From: Octopus sinensis
Lineage: Eukaryota
Direction of reading: 5' to 3'
Length of the DNA: 64,000 nt
NCBI RefSeq assembly: GCF_006345805.1
Contig: NC_043018.1
Coordinates: forward strand, 12,586,001-12,650,000
Shown: in pieces, positions 24,977 to 39,299 of the stretch
How the letters are laid out: every line of letters begins with the position of its first letter
How positions within the stretch are numbered: the first letter of the stretch is position 1
Notes under the pieces: model-generated
The model's database searches: none
What the model saw: the letters and a program-made list of their open reading frames with translations, nothing else
What the model was told of the DNA's origin: nothing
Translations under genes and position numbers: made by a program

Positions 24977-25489
24977 TATGAATGTGTGGCGGAGGTAAAG
25001 AATAAGTACACCACTCGTTTTCGTCGAAAAAGGGTGGGGCGCGTATGCATGTGTGTGTATATATACGTACATATATGTATGTAAATATGTATATGCATTT
25101 ATATATATCTATGTATATATATATATAAGTATACATAGATATTTATATATATATACATAGATATATGCATATGTATGCACACATGTATATGTATATATAT
25201 ATACATACATATATATATGCATTATGCATGGCATGTAAAAAGCACTAACCGATCGTGGCCGCACGTAAAAAGCACCCACTACACTCTTGGAGTGGTTGGC
25301 GTTAGGAAGGGCAACCAGCTGTAGAAACACTGCCAGATCAGATTGGAGCCTGGTGCACCCTCCTGGCTTCCCAGACCCCGGTCAAACCGTCCAACCCGTG
25401 CTAGCACGAAAACGGACGTTAAACGATGATGATGATGATATATATATATATAAATGTACATATATACAGTATAATGCTGAAAAGTTTGA

Positions 25490-26325
25490 AGCCTTGTGCT
25501 ATCAGCATGCAATACCAATTAAATACACTGGACCTGGAGGGGTTGCAATTCCAGAGGCACAATAAGTGCGAGACCTGGGCATTTACATGAGTAATGATGC
25601 TTCTTTCCATGTGCATGTTGCTAAATTGGCAATGAAATGCAGGCGGCCCATAGGGTGGATTCTTAGAAGTTTTAGTGCAAGAGATCTGGAAACCATGATG
25701 GTCCTGGAGGACACTTGTCCTCAGCCAGTTTGACTATTTCTCTCAGTTATGGTCACCAACCAGTGTCAAATTAATCTCAGAACTTGAGGCAATCCAACAA
25801 AGCTACACGAAGATAGCCTCTATGCAGCATATAAGTTACTAGGGAAGACTCAAGAGATTAAGTCTCTATTCCTCAGAGAGTAGGCGAGAACGATATGTCA
25901 TAATATATATGATGGGAGATCTTGGAGGGACTTGTCCCAAATTTTGGCATCGAGAGTTATGCAAATACTAGAACTGGGCAACACTGCTTAATGCCAATGA
26001 CTCCAAAATTGCCATCAAGATATAGAACAAGATACTGCAAGAGCCTGGGTTTCAGAGGACCACAGCTCTTCAATATCCTCCCAAAGGACCTGAGAGACCT
26101 GCATGGGGTGGATGTTGGTGTCTTCAAAAGAAAACTGGACCTCTTACTGTCAAGTCTCCCAGATGAGCCAACTTCACAGCAGGAGGTGCAGATGAGGGCA
26201 GTGGCATCAAATGCCCTCATGCACCAAATGTCAATTCTTAAAAAGCATTTGTGAAGTAAAATTATGTAGCAACACCAAATGGTGGTGCCCCAGCATGGCC
26301 ACAGTTCGTGAGCTGAAACTAGGTC
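25490..26325 (+). mobile_element. 5'-truncated CR1/L2/Jockey-group LINE, 3' end retained
   Basis: VRDLGIYMSNDASFHVHV...GWILRSF...FRGPQLFNILPKDLR...FKRKLDLLLSSLPDEPT, with stops and frameshifts; ends GGTGCCCCAGCATGGCCACAGTTCGTGAGCTGAAAC. Confidence 0.85.
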
Positions 26326-26964
26326 AAATCACATCGATCATATATACATATGAGGTGCAATGGCCCAGTGGTTAGGATAGCAGACTTGCAGCCATAGGAT
26401 CGTGGTTTCGATTCCCAGACCGGGCGATGTGAGTGTTTATTGAGCAAAAACACTTAAAGCTCGACGAGGCTGTGGCAGGGGGTGGTGGCGATCCCTGCTG
26501 TACTCTTTCGCCGCAACTTTCACTCTTTCTGTTGGCCTGCTCGCTTAGCCAGTGGGGTGGCGTCATTTCAAGGCTAAAACAATGCGAAGCACATTGTGAC
26601 CAGCGATGTGTAGCAACATCTGATAGCCTGATCGGTCACTTGATCACGTGATATATACATATATATATATACACACACATACATATTTATAAATATATAT
26701 TCATATATATATATATGTATGTACATATATATATATATATGTATGTACACATATATATATATATACACAAACACACACACACACATATATATATATGTAC
26801 ACACATATATATATATATATATGTACGTATATATATACATACACACAGACACACACATATATATATATCCACACACACACATATATATATATCCACACAC
26901 ATACATATCTATATATATGTGTACACATATATATATATATATGCACATGAATATACTCTTATAT

Positions 26965-27310
26965 ATTTCTGTTATTTGACTGCGGCCATGCTGGAGCACT
27001 GCGTTCAGTGGAACAAATTGAACCCAGGATTTATTCTTAGTAAGCCTAGTACTTATTCTATCGGTGTCTTTTGCCGAACCACTAGGTTATGGAGATGTAG
27101 ACACCAGTATCTGTTGTCAAGCGATGGTTGGGGCAGAAACACACACACACACATGTATACCACGGGCTTCTTTCAGTTTCCGTCTACCAACTCTACTCAC
27201 CAGGTTTTGGTCTACACGAGGCTGTAGAAGAAACATGCCCAGGGGACCACACAGTGGGGCTGAACCTGTAACCATGTACTTGGGAAGCAAGCTTCTTACC
27301 ACCACACAGC
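26965..27310 (-). mobile_element. tRNA-derived SINE
   Basis: Collinear with 28549-28950 in reverse orientation. Confidence 0.8.
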
Positions 27311-27429
27311 AACTCTTGTCCCAATTCCACATATATATCTTTATATATGTTTAGATATACATATATATGTGGAATAATGTATATATATGCATATGTCTAT
27401 AAATACATATATATGTACATACAGCTATT

Positions 27430-28256
27430 TACGAACAGCTATGCTACATGGCAGTGAAACATGGGCTGTGACTCCTGAGGATATGCGTAAGCTTGCAAGA
27501 AATGAAGCCAGTATGCTCCGATGGATGTGTAATGCCAGTGTTCATACTCGATAGAGTGTAAGTACCTTGAGAGAAAAGTTGGACCTAAGAAGCATCAGTT
27601 GTGGTGTGCAAGAGAAACGTTTGCACTGGTATGGTCATGTGGCAAGAATGGATGACGATAGTTGTGTGAAAAAGTGCCACACCCTAGCGGTTGAGGGAAC
27701 CTGTGGAAGAGGTAGACCCAGGAAAACCTGGGACAAGTTGGTGAAGCACGACCTTCAAACTTTAGGTCTCACCAAGGAAATGACTAGAGACCGAGACCTA
27801 TGGAAGTATGCTGTGTGTGAGAAGACCCGGCAGGACAAGTGAGGCCATAATCCCGTGGCCTACACCTGGGATGTAGCCAGCCCACTTATGCATTCCTTTC
27901 CTTCTTGGGACACAAAACTCCACTTGTGAAGACCTGTTGAGGCAAGTGAAAATCAAAATCGTAATCTATCAACATCAATGGAATTTGTAGCTGTGATACC
28001 GTAAGAGAACCATCCGAACGTGGCCGTAAAAAAGCACCATCCGACCGTGGCTGTTGCCAGCCTCGTCTGGCACCTGTGCCGGTGGCACGTAAAAAGCACC
28101 CACTACACTCACGGAGTGGTTGGCGTTAGGAAGGGCATCCAGCTTAGAAACACTGCCAGATCAGACTGGGCCTGGTGCAGCCTTCTGGCTTCCCAGACCC
28201 CAGTTGAACCATCCAACCCATGCCAGCATGGAAAGCGGACGTTAAATGATGATGAT
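27430..28256 (+). mobile_element. RTE (BovB-like) LINE 3' end with long repeat-containing 3' UTR
   Basis: LHGSETWAVT...RLHWYGHVARM...[17 protein letters not shown]...DRDLWK; UTR ends GGACGTTAAATGATGATGAT. Confidence 0.9.
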
Positions 28257-28548
28257 ACATGTATAAATACACATGTATCTATGTATGCACATATGTTATC
28301 CATGTTTATATGTACTTAGATATTTATGTATATATGTGCATGTATCTATATATGTTTGTATGTGCATGCATATACACACACATGTGTCTATACGTATACA
28401 TGCGTATATGTGTCTATACGTATACATGCGCATATGTGCCTGTCTAAATGCATGCATATGTGTACATCCGTATGCATGTACATATATGCATATATTCATG
28501 TGCATATATGCACGTTAGGTATGTGTGTGTATATATATATATATACAT

Positions 28549-28715
28549 AAGGCGCAGGAGTGGCTGTGTGGTAAGTAGCTTGCCTACCAACTACATGGTT
28601 CTGGGTTCAGTCCCACTACGTGGCACCTTGGGCAAGTGTCTTCTGCTATAACCTCGGGCCGACCAAAGCCTTGTGAGTGGATTTGGTAGGCGGAAACTGA
28701 AAGAAGCCCATCGTA

Positions 28716-28746
<31 letters not shown>

Positions 28747-28950
28747 GTGTGTGTTTGTATGTCTGTGTTTGTCCCCCTAGCATTGCTTGACAACCGAGGC
28801 TGGTGTGTTTATGTCCCCGTCACTTAGCGGTTCGGCAAAACAGACCGATAGAATAAGTATTAGGCTTCCAAAGAATAAGTGCCGGGGTCGATTTGCTCGA
28901 TTAAAGGCGATGCTCCAGCATGGCTGCAGTCAAATGACTGAAACAGGTAA
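28549..28950 (+). mobile_element. Near-intact tRNA-derived SINE (used as reference copy)
   Basis: A-box-like TGGCTGTGTGG 28561, B-box GGGTTCAGTCCC 28603-28614, central (TA/TG)n, tail hairpin CAGTC-AAAT-GACTG 28927-28940. Confidence 0.85.
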
Positions 28951-29103
28951 AAAAATTTTTTTAAAGTATACCTGTATGTCTGTGTATCATCATCATTTAA
29001 CGCCTGCTTTCCATGGTAACATAGGTTGGAGTGTAAATATATTTATATTTGTGTATATATATGTATCTGTATGTATATATATATATATATATATATATCT
29101 ATC

Positions 29104-29138
<35 letters not shown>

Positions 29139-29159
29139 TATATATAATATATATATATA

Positions 29160-29457
29160 GTTAAAAGCACTATCCGACTCGTGGCCGATGCCAGCACCGC
29201 CTTCACTGGCTTCCGTGCCGGTGGCACGTAAAATACACCAATCCGACCGTTGCCAGCCTCGCCTGGCACCTGTGCAGGTGGCACGTAAAAAGCACCCACT
29301 ACACTCACGGAGTGGTTGGCGTTAGGAAGGGCATCCAGCTGTAGAAACACTGCCAGATCAGACTGGAGCCTGGTGCAGCCTTCTGGCTTCCCAGAACCCC
29401 GGTCGAACCGTCCAACCCATGCTAGCATGGAGAACGGACGTTAAACAATGATGATCC
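29160..29457 (+). mobile_element. RTE 3' UTR-only copy
   Basis: Matches the 28000-28256 UTR; similar copies at 25220-25440 (+), 30270-30490 (-), 30780-31330 (+), 15480-15790 (-), 42930-43130 (-), 54920-55160 (-). Confidence 0.85.
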
Positions 29458-29690
29458 AAACAAGAAAGCACAAAAAAACACAACAACGCGAGGACGTGGA
29501 ACAAATATAGTATTATTGGACGCTATATATTTGTACATATCTGTATATACGTACATGTGTGTATATATGTACATTGTATATGTATGTATGTCTGTGTATA
29601 TATGTGCGTATATCTAAGTATATATATGTACATATATCTGTGTATATATGTATGTATCTGTATATATCTGAGTGTATGTATGTATGTATC

Positions 29691-29741
<51 letters not shown>

Positions 29742-29874
29742 GTATCTGTATGCATGCATGTACCTGCATGCATATACGTGTGTGTATATATATGTACTAT
29801 TTGTGTCTATACATGTATCTGCATACATGTGATATACATATAGCTATACATGCACATACATATATATGCACATT

Positions 29875-29907
<33 letters not shown>

Positions 29908-29964
29908 GTGTACACGTCTTTTTATACACATGTATATATATAGCTATATATATACACACGCACG

Positions 29965-30170
29965 CACAAATGTTGACCCATTTGGTGTGCGCTGTTGGTT
30001 CACCTGGTTTTGTGGAGAGAAGGACGTCTCGTTTCCTCTTTCGAAGGCATCTGCCTCCGCCTTCAGCTGATTTATTAAATTTTGTAGGAGGGCATTGAAG
30101 AGCTCCGGGACTAGAATATTGTAGTACATGGAGTGGATGGTACATTTGATACAATATAATGGGGGCCACT
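29965..30170 (-). mobile_element. Degraded CR1/L2-like LINE C-terminal fragment
   Basis: PELFNALLQNL...RDVLLSTKPGEPT parallels GPQLFNILPKDL...DLLLSSLPDEPT at 26.0-26.2 kb. Confidence 0.55.
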
Positions 30171-32489
30171 TGTATGTATGTATATGGGTATGTGTGTGTG
30201 TGTGTGTATATATATGAATGTTCATATGTGTATGTATATGAATGTGTGCATATGTTTATCATCATCATCATCATCATCATCATCGATTAACGTCCGTTTT
30301 CCGCGCTAGCACGGGTTGGACGGTTTCGACCGGGGTTGGGGAGCTAGGGACTGCCCCAGGCTCCAGTCTGGTCTGGCAGTGTTTCTACAGCTGGATGCCC
30401 TTCCTAACGCCAACCACTCCGCGAGTGTAGTGGGTGCTTTTTACGTGCCACCTGCACAGGTGCCAGAGGGGTCTGGCGTCGGCCACGTTCGGATGTATAT
30501 ATGAATGTGTTTGTGTATATATGGATGTATATACGGATATATGTGTGTGTGTATATATATGTGAATTTGTATGTCTGTATGTGTGTATGGTTGGAATTTA
30601 CAATAAAAAAAACGACAAGCAGGTGTGTAAACGAGAAACAGGTGAATTCATTTAATATTTGGGTAGGTGAGAAAGTCTTTTACATTTTGAGCCTATGCTA
30701 TTCAACAGAAAGGAACACGAGTAAATAAACCCAATAAAAAAAGGTTTAGTGGCTAGTGGGGAATCCTGCATATATATGTAACCAGCCCCCTTACGTGTAC
30801 CTTTCCTTCGTTGGACACTAAAGTCTGCTTGCAAAGACCTGTTGGGGCAAGTGAAATTGAAATCAAATTCGATGACTGGCATCTGTGCTAGTGGATTGCC
30901 AAGAGCACCATCTCTGAGCGTGATCGTTGCCAGAGCAGCTGACTGGCTTCCGTTCCAGTGGCACATAAAAAGCATCATCCAAGCGTGATGGTACTTGCAT
31001 CACCTTACTTTCACTTGTGCCAGTGGCACGTGAAAAAACATTCGAGCGAGGTCATTGCCAGTGCTGCTGGACTGGCTCCTGTGTAGGTGGCACGTAAAAA
31101 ACACCATTTGAGCGTGGCCGTTGCCAGTACCGCCTGAATGGCACTCGTGCCGGTGGCACATAAAAGCACCCAGTACACTCTCAGAATGGTTGGCGTTAGG
31201 AAGGGCATCCTGCTGTAGAATCTCTGCCAGATCGGATTGAAGCCTGGGGCAGCCATCTGGTTCGCCAGTCCTTAGTCAAATCATCCAACCCATGCCAGCA
31301 TGGAAAGCGGACATTAAACGAGCCATGATGACGTGTATATGCATATATGTATCTATGCATATGTATGTATATGTATGCATATGTATATGTATGTATATAC
31401 AAGGGTCGGACAAACTAGTTGAAACACCCAGCATAATGGTATCATAATTTTGAAATATCGATAAAACTATCAAAAGCTTGTTTACTTTTATGTCTTGATT
31501 TATTATTAGTAGTGCTTATACGTATAGATATGTATGCGCATGTATACCTATAGGCACGTACACGCATGCATACGTATAAGCATGCATATAGGTACTAGTG
31601 CATGTGTATATGTATAGATTTGTATATATATATACACATGGGCAAGAGTCTTTTTCTATAGCCTCAGGTTGACAAAAGCCTTGTGAGTCGATTTGGTAGG
31701 TGGAAAAAGAGAGAAGCCCGTTGTATATATGTATATGTGTGTGTGTGTTTGTCCCCACACCATCACTTGACAACTGATGCTGGTGTGTTTACTTCCCATA
31801 ACTTAGCGGTTCAACTTAAGAGACCAATGCAATAGGTACTGCGCTTACAAAGAATAAGTTCTCAAGTCGATTTGCTCAACTAAAGGCGGTGCTAGAGCAT
31901 GGACGCAGTCAAATGACTAAAACAAATTGAAGAATGTATATATGTGTATATATGTACATTTCATGTATATATATATAATGTGTGTGTGTGTTTATGTGTG
32001 TGTGTGTTTATGTGTATGTGTGTGTTTATGTATATATATATATATGTGTATATGTATGTATATGTGTGTGTTTATGTGTATATATGTGTATATGTATGTC
32101 TATGTGTATGCATGTATGTATATATATATATGTGTGTATGTATGTGTATATGTATGTATATGTGTATGCATGTATGTATATATATATGTGTATATGTATG
32201 TATATATATGTATATATACATGTGTGTGTATATATGTATATATATGTATATATACATGTGTGTGTATATATGTACATATATGTGTGTATGTATGTGTGTG
32301 TATATATGTACATATATGTGTATGTATGTGTGTGCATATGTGCATAGATATGGGTGTATGTGTGTGTATATATATGTATGTTTACGTGTATGTATATATA
32401 TATCTGTAAATATATATGTATAAATATAGATATGTATATGTGTATATATATAAATTAAGATATGTATATATATATATATACACATAAAT

Positions 32490-33870
32490 ATGTAACTTAA
32501 CTTAGAATAACTTAGAAAGGTTTTGGCCAGTATTGGCCCAGGCCATGTCTAACTTAATAGCACCACCTGGCGAAGTCTTTCAATTCAGGATTTGGGCGCT
32601 GAGGCCCATTCGAGCAGAGAGTTATTGTTTGCGGAGACATATCCGGGTGTGGGTGGTTTGTCCGGTACTGTTTGAAGGAATTTGTCCAAAGACTTCTTGA
32701 ATTTTGTGTGGTCAGTTTCTGTTTTGACGTATCCTGGTGTAATGTTGTTGAGAGCGGGTCCAATTGAGGTGAAATAGTTGTGCCATATTGTCGTTATGTG
32801 ATGCGCTTTAGATTTTTGTTGTGGACGGATGGCACGTGGTCCAACCTTGGATGTATTTTGAAGGTGATGCCAACATCATTCGGACAGTGCTGATGGAATA
32901 TTTTCCACATCATACAGATAATGTAGCGTTCACGGCGTCGTTGGAGTGAATACAATTTCAGCTTCTCTAGTCTACCCCAGTAGTCAAGGTCTGACATGCC
33001 ATCTATCTTTTTTGTGATTGACCTTTAGGGAGCTTCAATTCTCATAATATTTTGTTTTGTGTAGGGAGACCACAGTGGACAGCAGTATTCAAGGTGGGGT
33101 CGGGCAAAAGTGGAGAAGAGAAGGATAATAGCATGGGAATCTCTCGACTGGAAGGTTCTGAGAATCCAGGAACACATTCTGCGGGCCATGTCAACTTTGC
33201 TGCTTATATGTGTAGCCCAGCTTATGTTGTTGTCCACTGTTACTCCCAAGTCTCTGATGTTGTTGGATGCCATGAGAATTTCTCCAGAAGGAAGAGAGTA
33301 TGGGAGTTTCAGAGCGTGCTCCCTTCCAAAGTGGATCAGTTCGAATTTGTCTTCATTTAGCAACATGTTATTCTTTTCCGCCCATTGGACAACAGCCAGT
33401 AGGTCTGACTGAAGGTTTATTCGGTCATCCACGCCATTGATGACCTTCTGGAGCTTGGAATCATCAGCGAAGGTTCTGATGTTACTGTGTTTGATGGTGT
33501 CAGTAATATCATTTATGTAGATGATGAAGAGAAGTGGGCCCAACACAGTGCCTTGTGGGACACCACTGCTGACTTTGGCTGGGCTGGATTTGACTCCTTC
33601 AACTACATGTTGGGTTCTGTAAGACAGGAAGCACTTGATCCACTGCAGCAGCTTTCCAGTGACACCAATATTGGACAGCTTTCTCAGAAGGATCTTATGA
33701 TCAACCCTGTCAAAGGCCTTGCTGAAATCAAGGCAGATGACATCAGTGTTGGAACCTTCTCCCAAGACTCTCAAAATGTCATCAAAATGATGCAGTAGCT
33801 GCGTCAAGCAATCTCTCCCATTACGGAATCCATGCTGGTTGGGGTTCGCATATTATGACTCTCAAGGAAG
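32490..33870 (-). mobile_element. CR1/L2/Jockey-group LINE reverse transcriptase, 5'-truncated and frameshifted
   Basis: DVICLDFSKAFDRVDH...SGVPQGTVLGPLLFIIYIND...FADDSK (RT motifs); 3' end (CTAAGTT)-like repeats near 32495-32515. Confidence 0.93.
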
Positions 33871-33889
33871 TGAGTCATACGCGACGCGA

Positions 33890-35245
33890 TCTATATATAT
33901 AGATAGATAGATATATGTATATATATAGATAGATATATGTATATAGATAGATAGATATATGTATATAGATAGATAGATATATGTATATAGATATATATAT
34001 ATATATATAGATAGATATATGTATATAGATAGATAGATATATGTATATAGATAGATAGATAGATATATGTATATAGATAGATAGATATATGTATATAGAT
34101 AGATAGATAGATATATGTATATATATAGATAGATATATGTATATATATATATATATAGAAATAGATGTATGTATATATATATATAGAAATAGATGTATGT
34201 ATATATATATAGATGTATGTATATATATATAGATGTATGTATATATATATAGATGTATGTATATATATATAGATGTATGTATATATATATATAGATGTAT
34301 GTATATATATATATAGATGTATGTATATATATATAGATGTATGTATATATATATAGATGTATGTATATATATATATATAGATGTATGTATATATATATAG
34401 ATGTATGTATATATATATAGATGTATGTATATATATATAGATGTATGTATATATATATATAGATGTATGTATATATATATATAGATGTATGTATATATAT
34501 ATAGATGTATGTATATAGATGTATGTATATATATATAGATGTATGTATATATATATAGATGTATGTATATATATAGATGTATGTATATATATAGATGTAT
34601 GTATATATATATATAGATGTATGTATATATATATATAGATGTATATATATATATAGATGTATGTATATATATAGATGTATGTATATATATAGATGTATGT
34701 ATATATATAGATGTATGTATATATATATATAGATGTATATATATATATATAGATGTATGTATATATATATATAGATGTATGTATATATATAGATGTATGT
34801 ATATATATATAGATGTATGTATATATATATATATAGATGTATGTATATATATATATATAGATGTATGTATATATATATATAGAGTGTATGTATATATATA
34901 TATAGATGTATGTATATATATATATAGATGTATGTATATATATATATATAGATGTATGTATATATAGATATAGATGTGCCCCAGCATGGCCGCAGCCTTC
35001 GGGCTAAAGCATTTTTAAGGATTTAAGGATATATATAGATGTATGTATATATATATATAGATGTATGTATATATATATATAGATGTATGTATATATATTA
35101 TAGATGTATGTATATATATATAGATGTATGATATATATATATACATCTATATATATATACATACATCTATATATATATATACATAATCTATATATATATA
35201 TATATATACATACATCTAATATATATATATATATATATATAGATG

Positions 35246-35285
<40 letters not shown>

Positions 35286-35812
35286 TGTATGTATATATAT
35301 ATATAGATGTATGTATATATATATAGATGTATGTATATATATATAGATGTATGTATATATATATAGATGTATATATATATAATATATAATATAGATGTAT
35401 GTATATATTATAGATGTATGTATTATATATAGATGTATGTATATATATATAAGATGTATGTATATATATAATATGATGTATATATATATTATATTATATA
35501 ATATATATATATAGATGTATGTATATATATATATATATTAGATGTATGTATATATAGATGTATGTATATATAGATGTATGTATATAATATATATATATAT
35601 ATAGATGTATGTATATATAGATGTATGTATATATATATATATATAGATGTATGTATATATATATATATATATATATTATATAGATGTAGTATATATATAT
35701 ATTATATATAGATGTATGTAATATATATATATATATATATATATAGATGATGTATATATATATATATATATATAGATGTATGTATATATATATATATATA
35801 TATAGATGTATG

Positions 35813-35843
<31 letters not shown>

Positions 35844-36452
35844 ATATATATATATATATATAGATGTATATATATATATATATATAGATGTATGTATATA
35901 TATATATATATAGATGTATGTATATATATATATATATAGATGTATTATATATATATATATATAGATGTATGTATATATATATATATATAGATGTATGTAT
36001 ATATAATATATATATAGATGTATGTATATATATATTATAGATGTATGTATATATATATGTATGTAATATATATATATATAGATGTATGTATATATATATA
36101 TAGATGTATATATATATATATATATAGATGTATATATATATATATAGATATGTATATAGATATATGTATATAGATATATAGATATATGTATATATATATA
36201 GATATATGTATATATATATAGATATATGTATGTATATATATATAGATATATGTATGTATATATATATAGATATATGTATGTATATATATATAGATATATG
36301 TATATATAGATATATGTATATATATATAGATATATGTATATATAGATATATGTATATAGATATATGTATATATAGATATATGTATATATAGATATATGTA
36401 TTAGATATATGTATATATGTATATAGATATAGTATATATGTATATAGATATG

Positions 36453-36483
<31 letters not shown>
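33890..36483. repeat. Large (TA)n-interrupted satellite, units such as ATAGATGTATGT(AT)n
   Basis: Directly visible; explains the long YI-rich pseudo-ORFs. Confidence 0.95.
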
Positions 36484-36486
<3 letters not shown>

Positions 36487-37270
36487 TATAGATATATGTA
36501 TATCATCATCATCATCATCATCGTTTAACGTCCGCTTTCCATGCTAGCATGGGTTGGACGGTTCAACTGGGGTCTGGCAAGCCCGAAGGCTGCACCAGGC
36601 CAGTCAGATCTGGCAGTGTTTCTACAGCTGGATGCCCTTCCTAACGCCAACCACTCCGAGAGTGTAGTGGGTGATTTTATGTGCCACCGACACAGGTGCC
36701 AGACGAGGCTGGCAGACGGCCACGCTCGGATGGTGTTTTTTATGTGCCACCGACACAGGTGCCAGACGAGGCTGGCTGACGGCCACGCTCGAATGGTGTT
36801 TTCTTATGTGTCACCGACACAGGTGCCAGACGGGGCTGGCGGACGGCCACGCTCGGATGGTGTTTGTTACGTGCCTTCAGCACGGAGGCCAGTCGTTGCG
36901 GTACTGGCTACGATCACGTTCGGATGGTTTTCTTATGTGCCACCGGCACTGGTACCACAAGGATACAAATTCCATTGATGTTCATCTATTTTGATTTGGT
37001 TCGATTTGATTTGATTTGATTCGATTCTCACTTGCCTCAACAGGTCTTCACAAGTGTCACAAGAAGGAAGGTATGCACAGGTGGACTGACTACGTCCCAG
37101 GTAGGGGCCACGGATTATGGCTTCACTAGTCTTGCCGGGTCTTCTCACGCACAGCATACTTCCATAGGTCTCGGTCTCTAGTCATTTCCATGGTGAGACC
37201 TAACGTCCGAAGGTCGTGCTTCACCACTTCGTCCCAGGTTTTCCTGGGTCTACCTCTTCCTCGGGTTCCC
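36484..37270 (-). mobile_element. Young RTE LINE 3' end with tandem 63-nt UTR units
   Basis: [37 protein letters not shown]; CpGs retained; (TGA)n tail. Confidence 0.9.
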
Positions 37271-38841
37271 TATGTATATATATATATAGATATATGTATA
37301 TATAGATATATATATATAGATATATATATATATAGATATATATATATATAGATATATGTATATATTTATAGATATATGTATATATATATATAGATATATG
37401 TATATATATATAGATATATGTATATATATATAGATATATGTATATATATATAGATATATGTATATATATAGATATATCTATATATATATAGATATATGTA
37501 TATATATAGAGAGAGATATATGTATATATATAGAGAGAGATATAGAGAGAGATAGATAGATATGTATATATATATAGAGAGATAGATAGATATATGTATA
37601 TATATAGAGGTAGATATATATATAGATATATATATATATAGATATATATATATATAGATATATGTATATATTTATAGATATATGTATATATATATATAGA
37701 TATATGTATATATATATAGATATATGTATATATATATAGATATATGTATATATATAGATATATGTATATATATATAGATATATGTATATATATAGAGAGA
37801 GATATATGTATATATATAGAGAGAGATATAGAGAGAGATAGATAGATATATGTATATATATATAGAGAGATAGATAGATATATGTATATATATATAGAGG
37901 TAGATATATATATATAGAGAGATAGATAGATATATGTATGGATATATGAAGGTATATAAAGATTTATGTATGTACATATATATTTATATATATACGCATA
38001 TAAATATATATACATATGTAGATAAATATATATTTATATGCATACATGTATATATTTATGTATATAAATATGTATGTGTATGTATATATGCATACATGTA
38101 TATATTTATGTATATAAATATGTATGTGTATGTATATATGCATATATATATATATATGTATATATATGTGTATATGTATATATGTGTGTGTATATAAATA
38201 TATATATGTATATAAATATGTATGTGTATGTATATATGCATATATATATGCATATATATATGTATATATATGTGTATATGTATATATGTGTATATGTATA
38301 TATGTGTGTATATGTATATATGTGTGTATATATATGTATGTGTGTATATGTATATATGTGTATATATATATATGTATGTGTGTATATATATATGTGTGTG
38401 TATATATATATGTATATGTGTATATATGTATGTGTGTATATATATATGTGTGTATATATATGTGTATATATGTATATGTGTATATATGTATATGTGTGTG
38501 TATATATATGTGTATATATGTATGTGTATATATGTATATGTGTATATATATGTATATATATGTATATGTATATATATGTATATGTGTATATATGTATATA
38601 TATGTGTATATATGTATATATATGTGTATATATGTATATATTATACGTATATATGTATATATATACGTATATGTGTATATATATATGTATATGTCTATGT
38701 ATATGTGTATATATATATGTATATGTGTGTATATATATATATATGTATATGTGTATATATATATGTATATGTGTGTATATATATATGTATATGTGTGTAT
38801 ATATATGTATATATATATATGTATATGTGTGTATATATATA

Positions 38842-38872
<31 letters not shown>

Positions 38873-39068
38873 GTATATGTGTATATATATATGTATATGT
38901 GTATATATATATTTATATGTGTGTATATATGTATATATATAAACGTATATATGTGTATATACGTATTTATAGTTGCGTATATATGTATATGTGTATAATA
39001 TATTTATATGTGTGTATATATGTATATATATAAACGTATATATGTGTATATACGTATTTATAGTTGCG

Positions 39069-39099
<31 letters not shown>

Positions 39100-39280
39100 T
39101 ATATATATATAAATAAATATATGTATATATATATATCTATATATGTATATATATTATATATATATATGTGCATGTATGTGCATGTATGTATATATATATG
39201 TGCAAGTATGTGCATGTATGTATATATATATGTGTGTGTATGTATGTATATATATGTGTGTGTGTTTTTATATATATAGC
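37271..39280. repeat. Compound (TA/GA/TG)n satellite
   Basis: Directly visible. Confidence 0.95.
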
Positions 39281-39299
39281 ACTAATCTAACCTAAGTAT

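Noticed and set aside
26350-26430. tRNA gene (also heads at 7750, 17190-17260, 28549, 44940-45010)
   Set aside because: A/B boxes are present but there is no complete cloverleaf, and each continues into a repeat body
36670-36960. Regularly spaced repeats with variable inserts resembling a CRISPR array
   Set aside because: Eukaryotic context, no cas genes, and the units are the 3' UTR of an RTE LINE with related rather than unique loops
33875-39033. Long Y/I/C/V-rich ORFs (370, 281, 264, 319 aa and similar ones at 9.7, 26.6, 29.5 and 32 kb)
   Set aside because: Translations of (TA)n/(TG)n satellites, which lack stop codons in several frames
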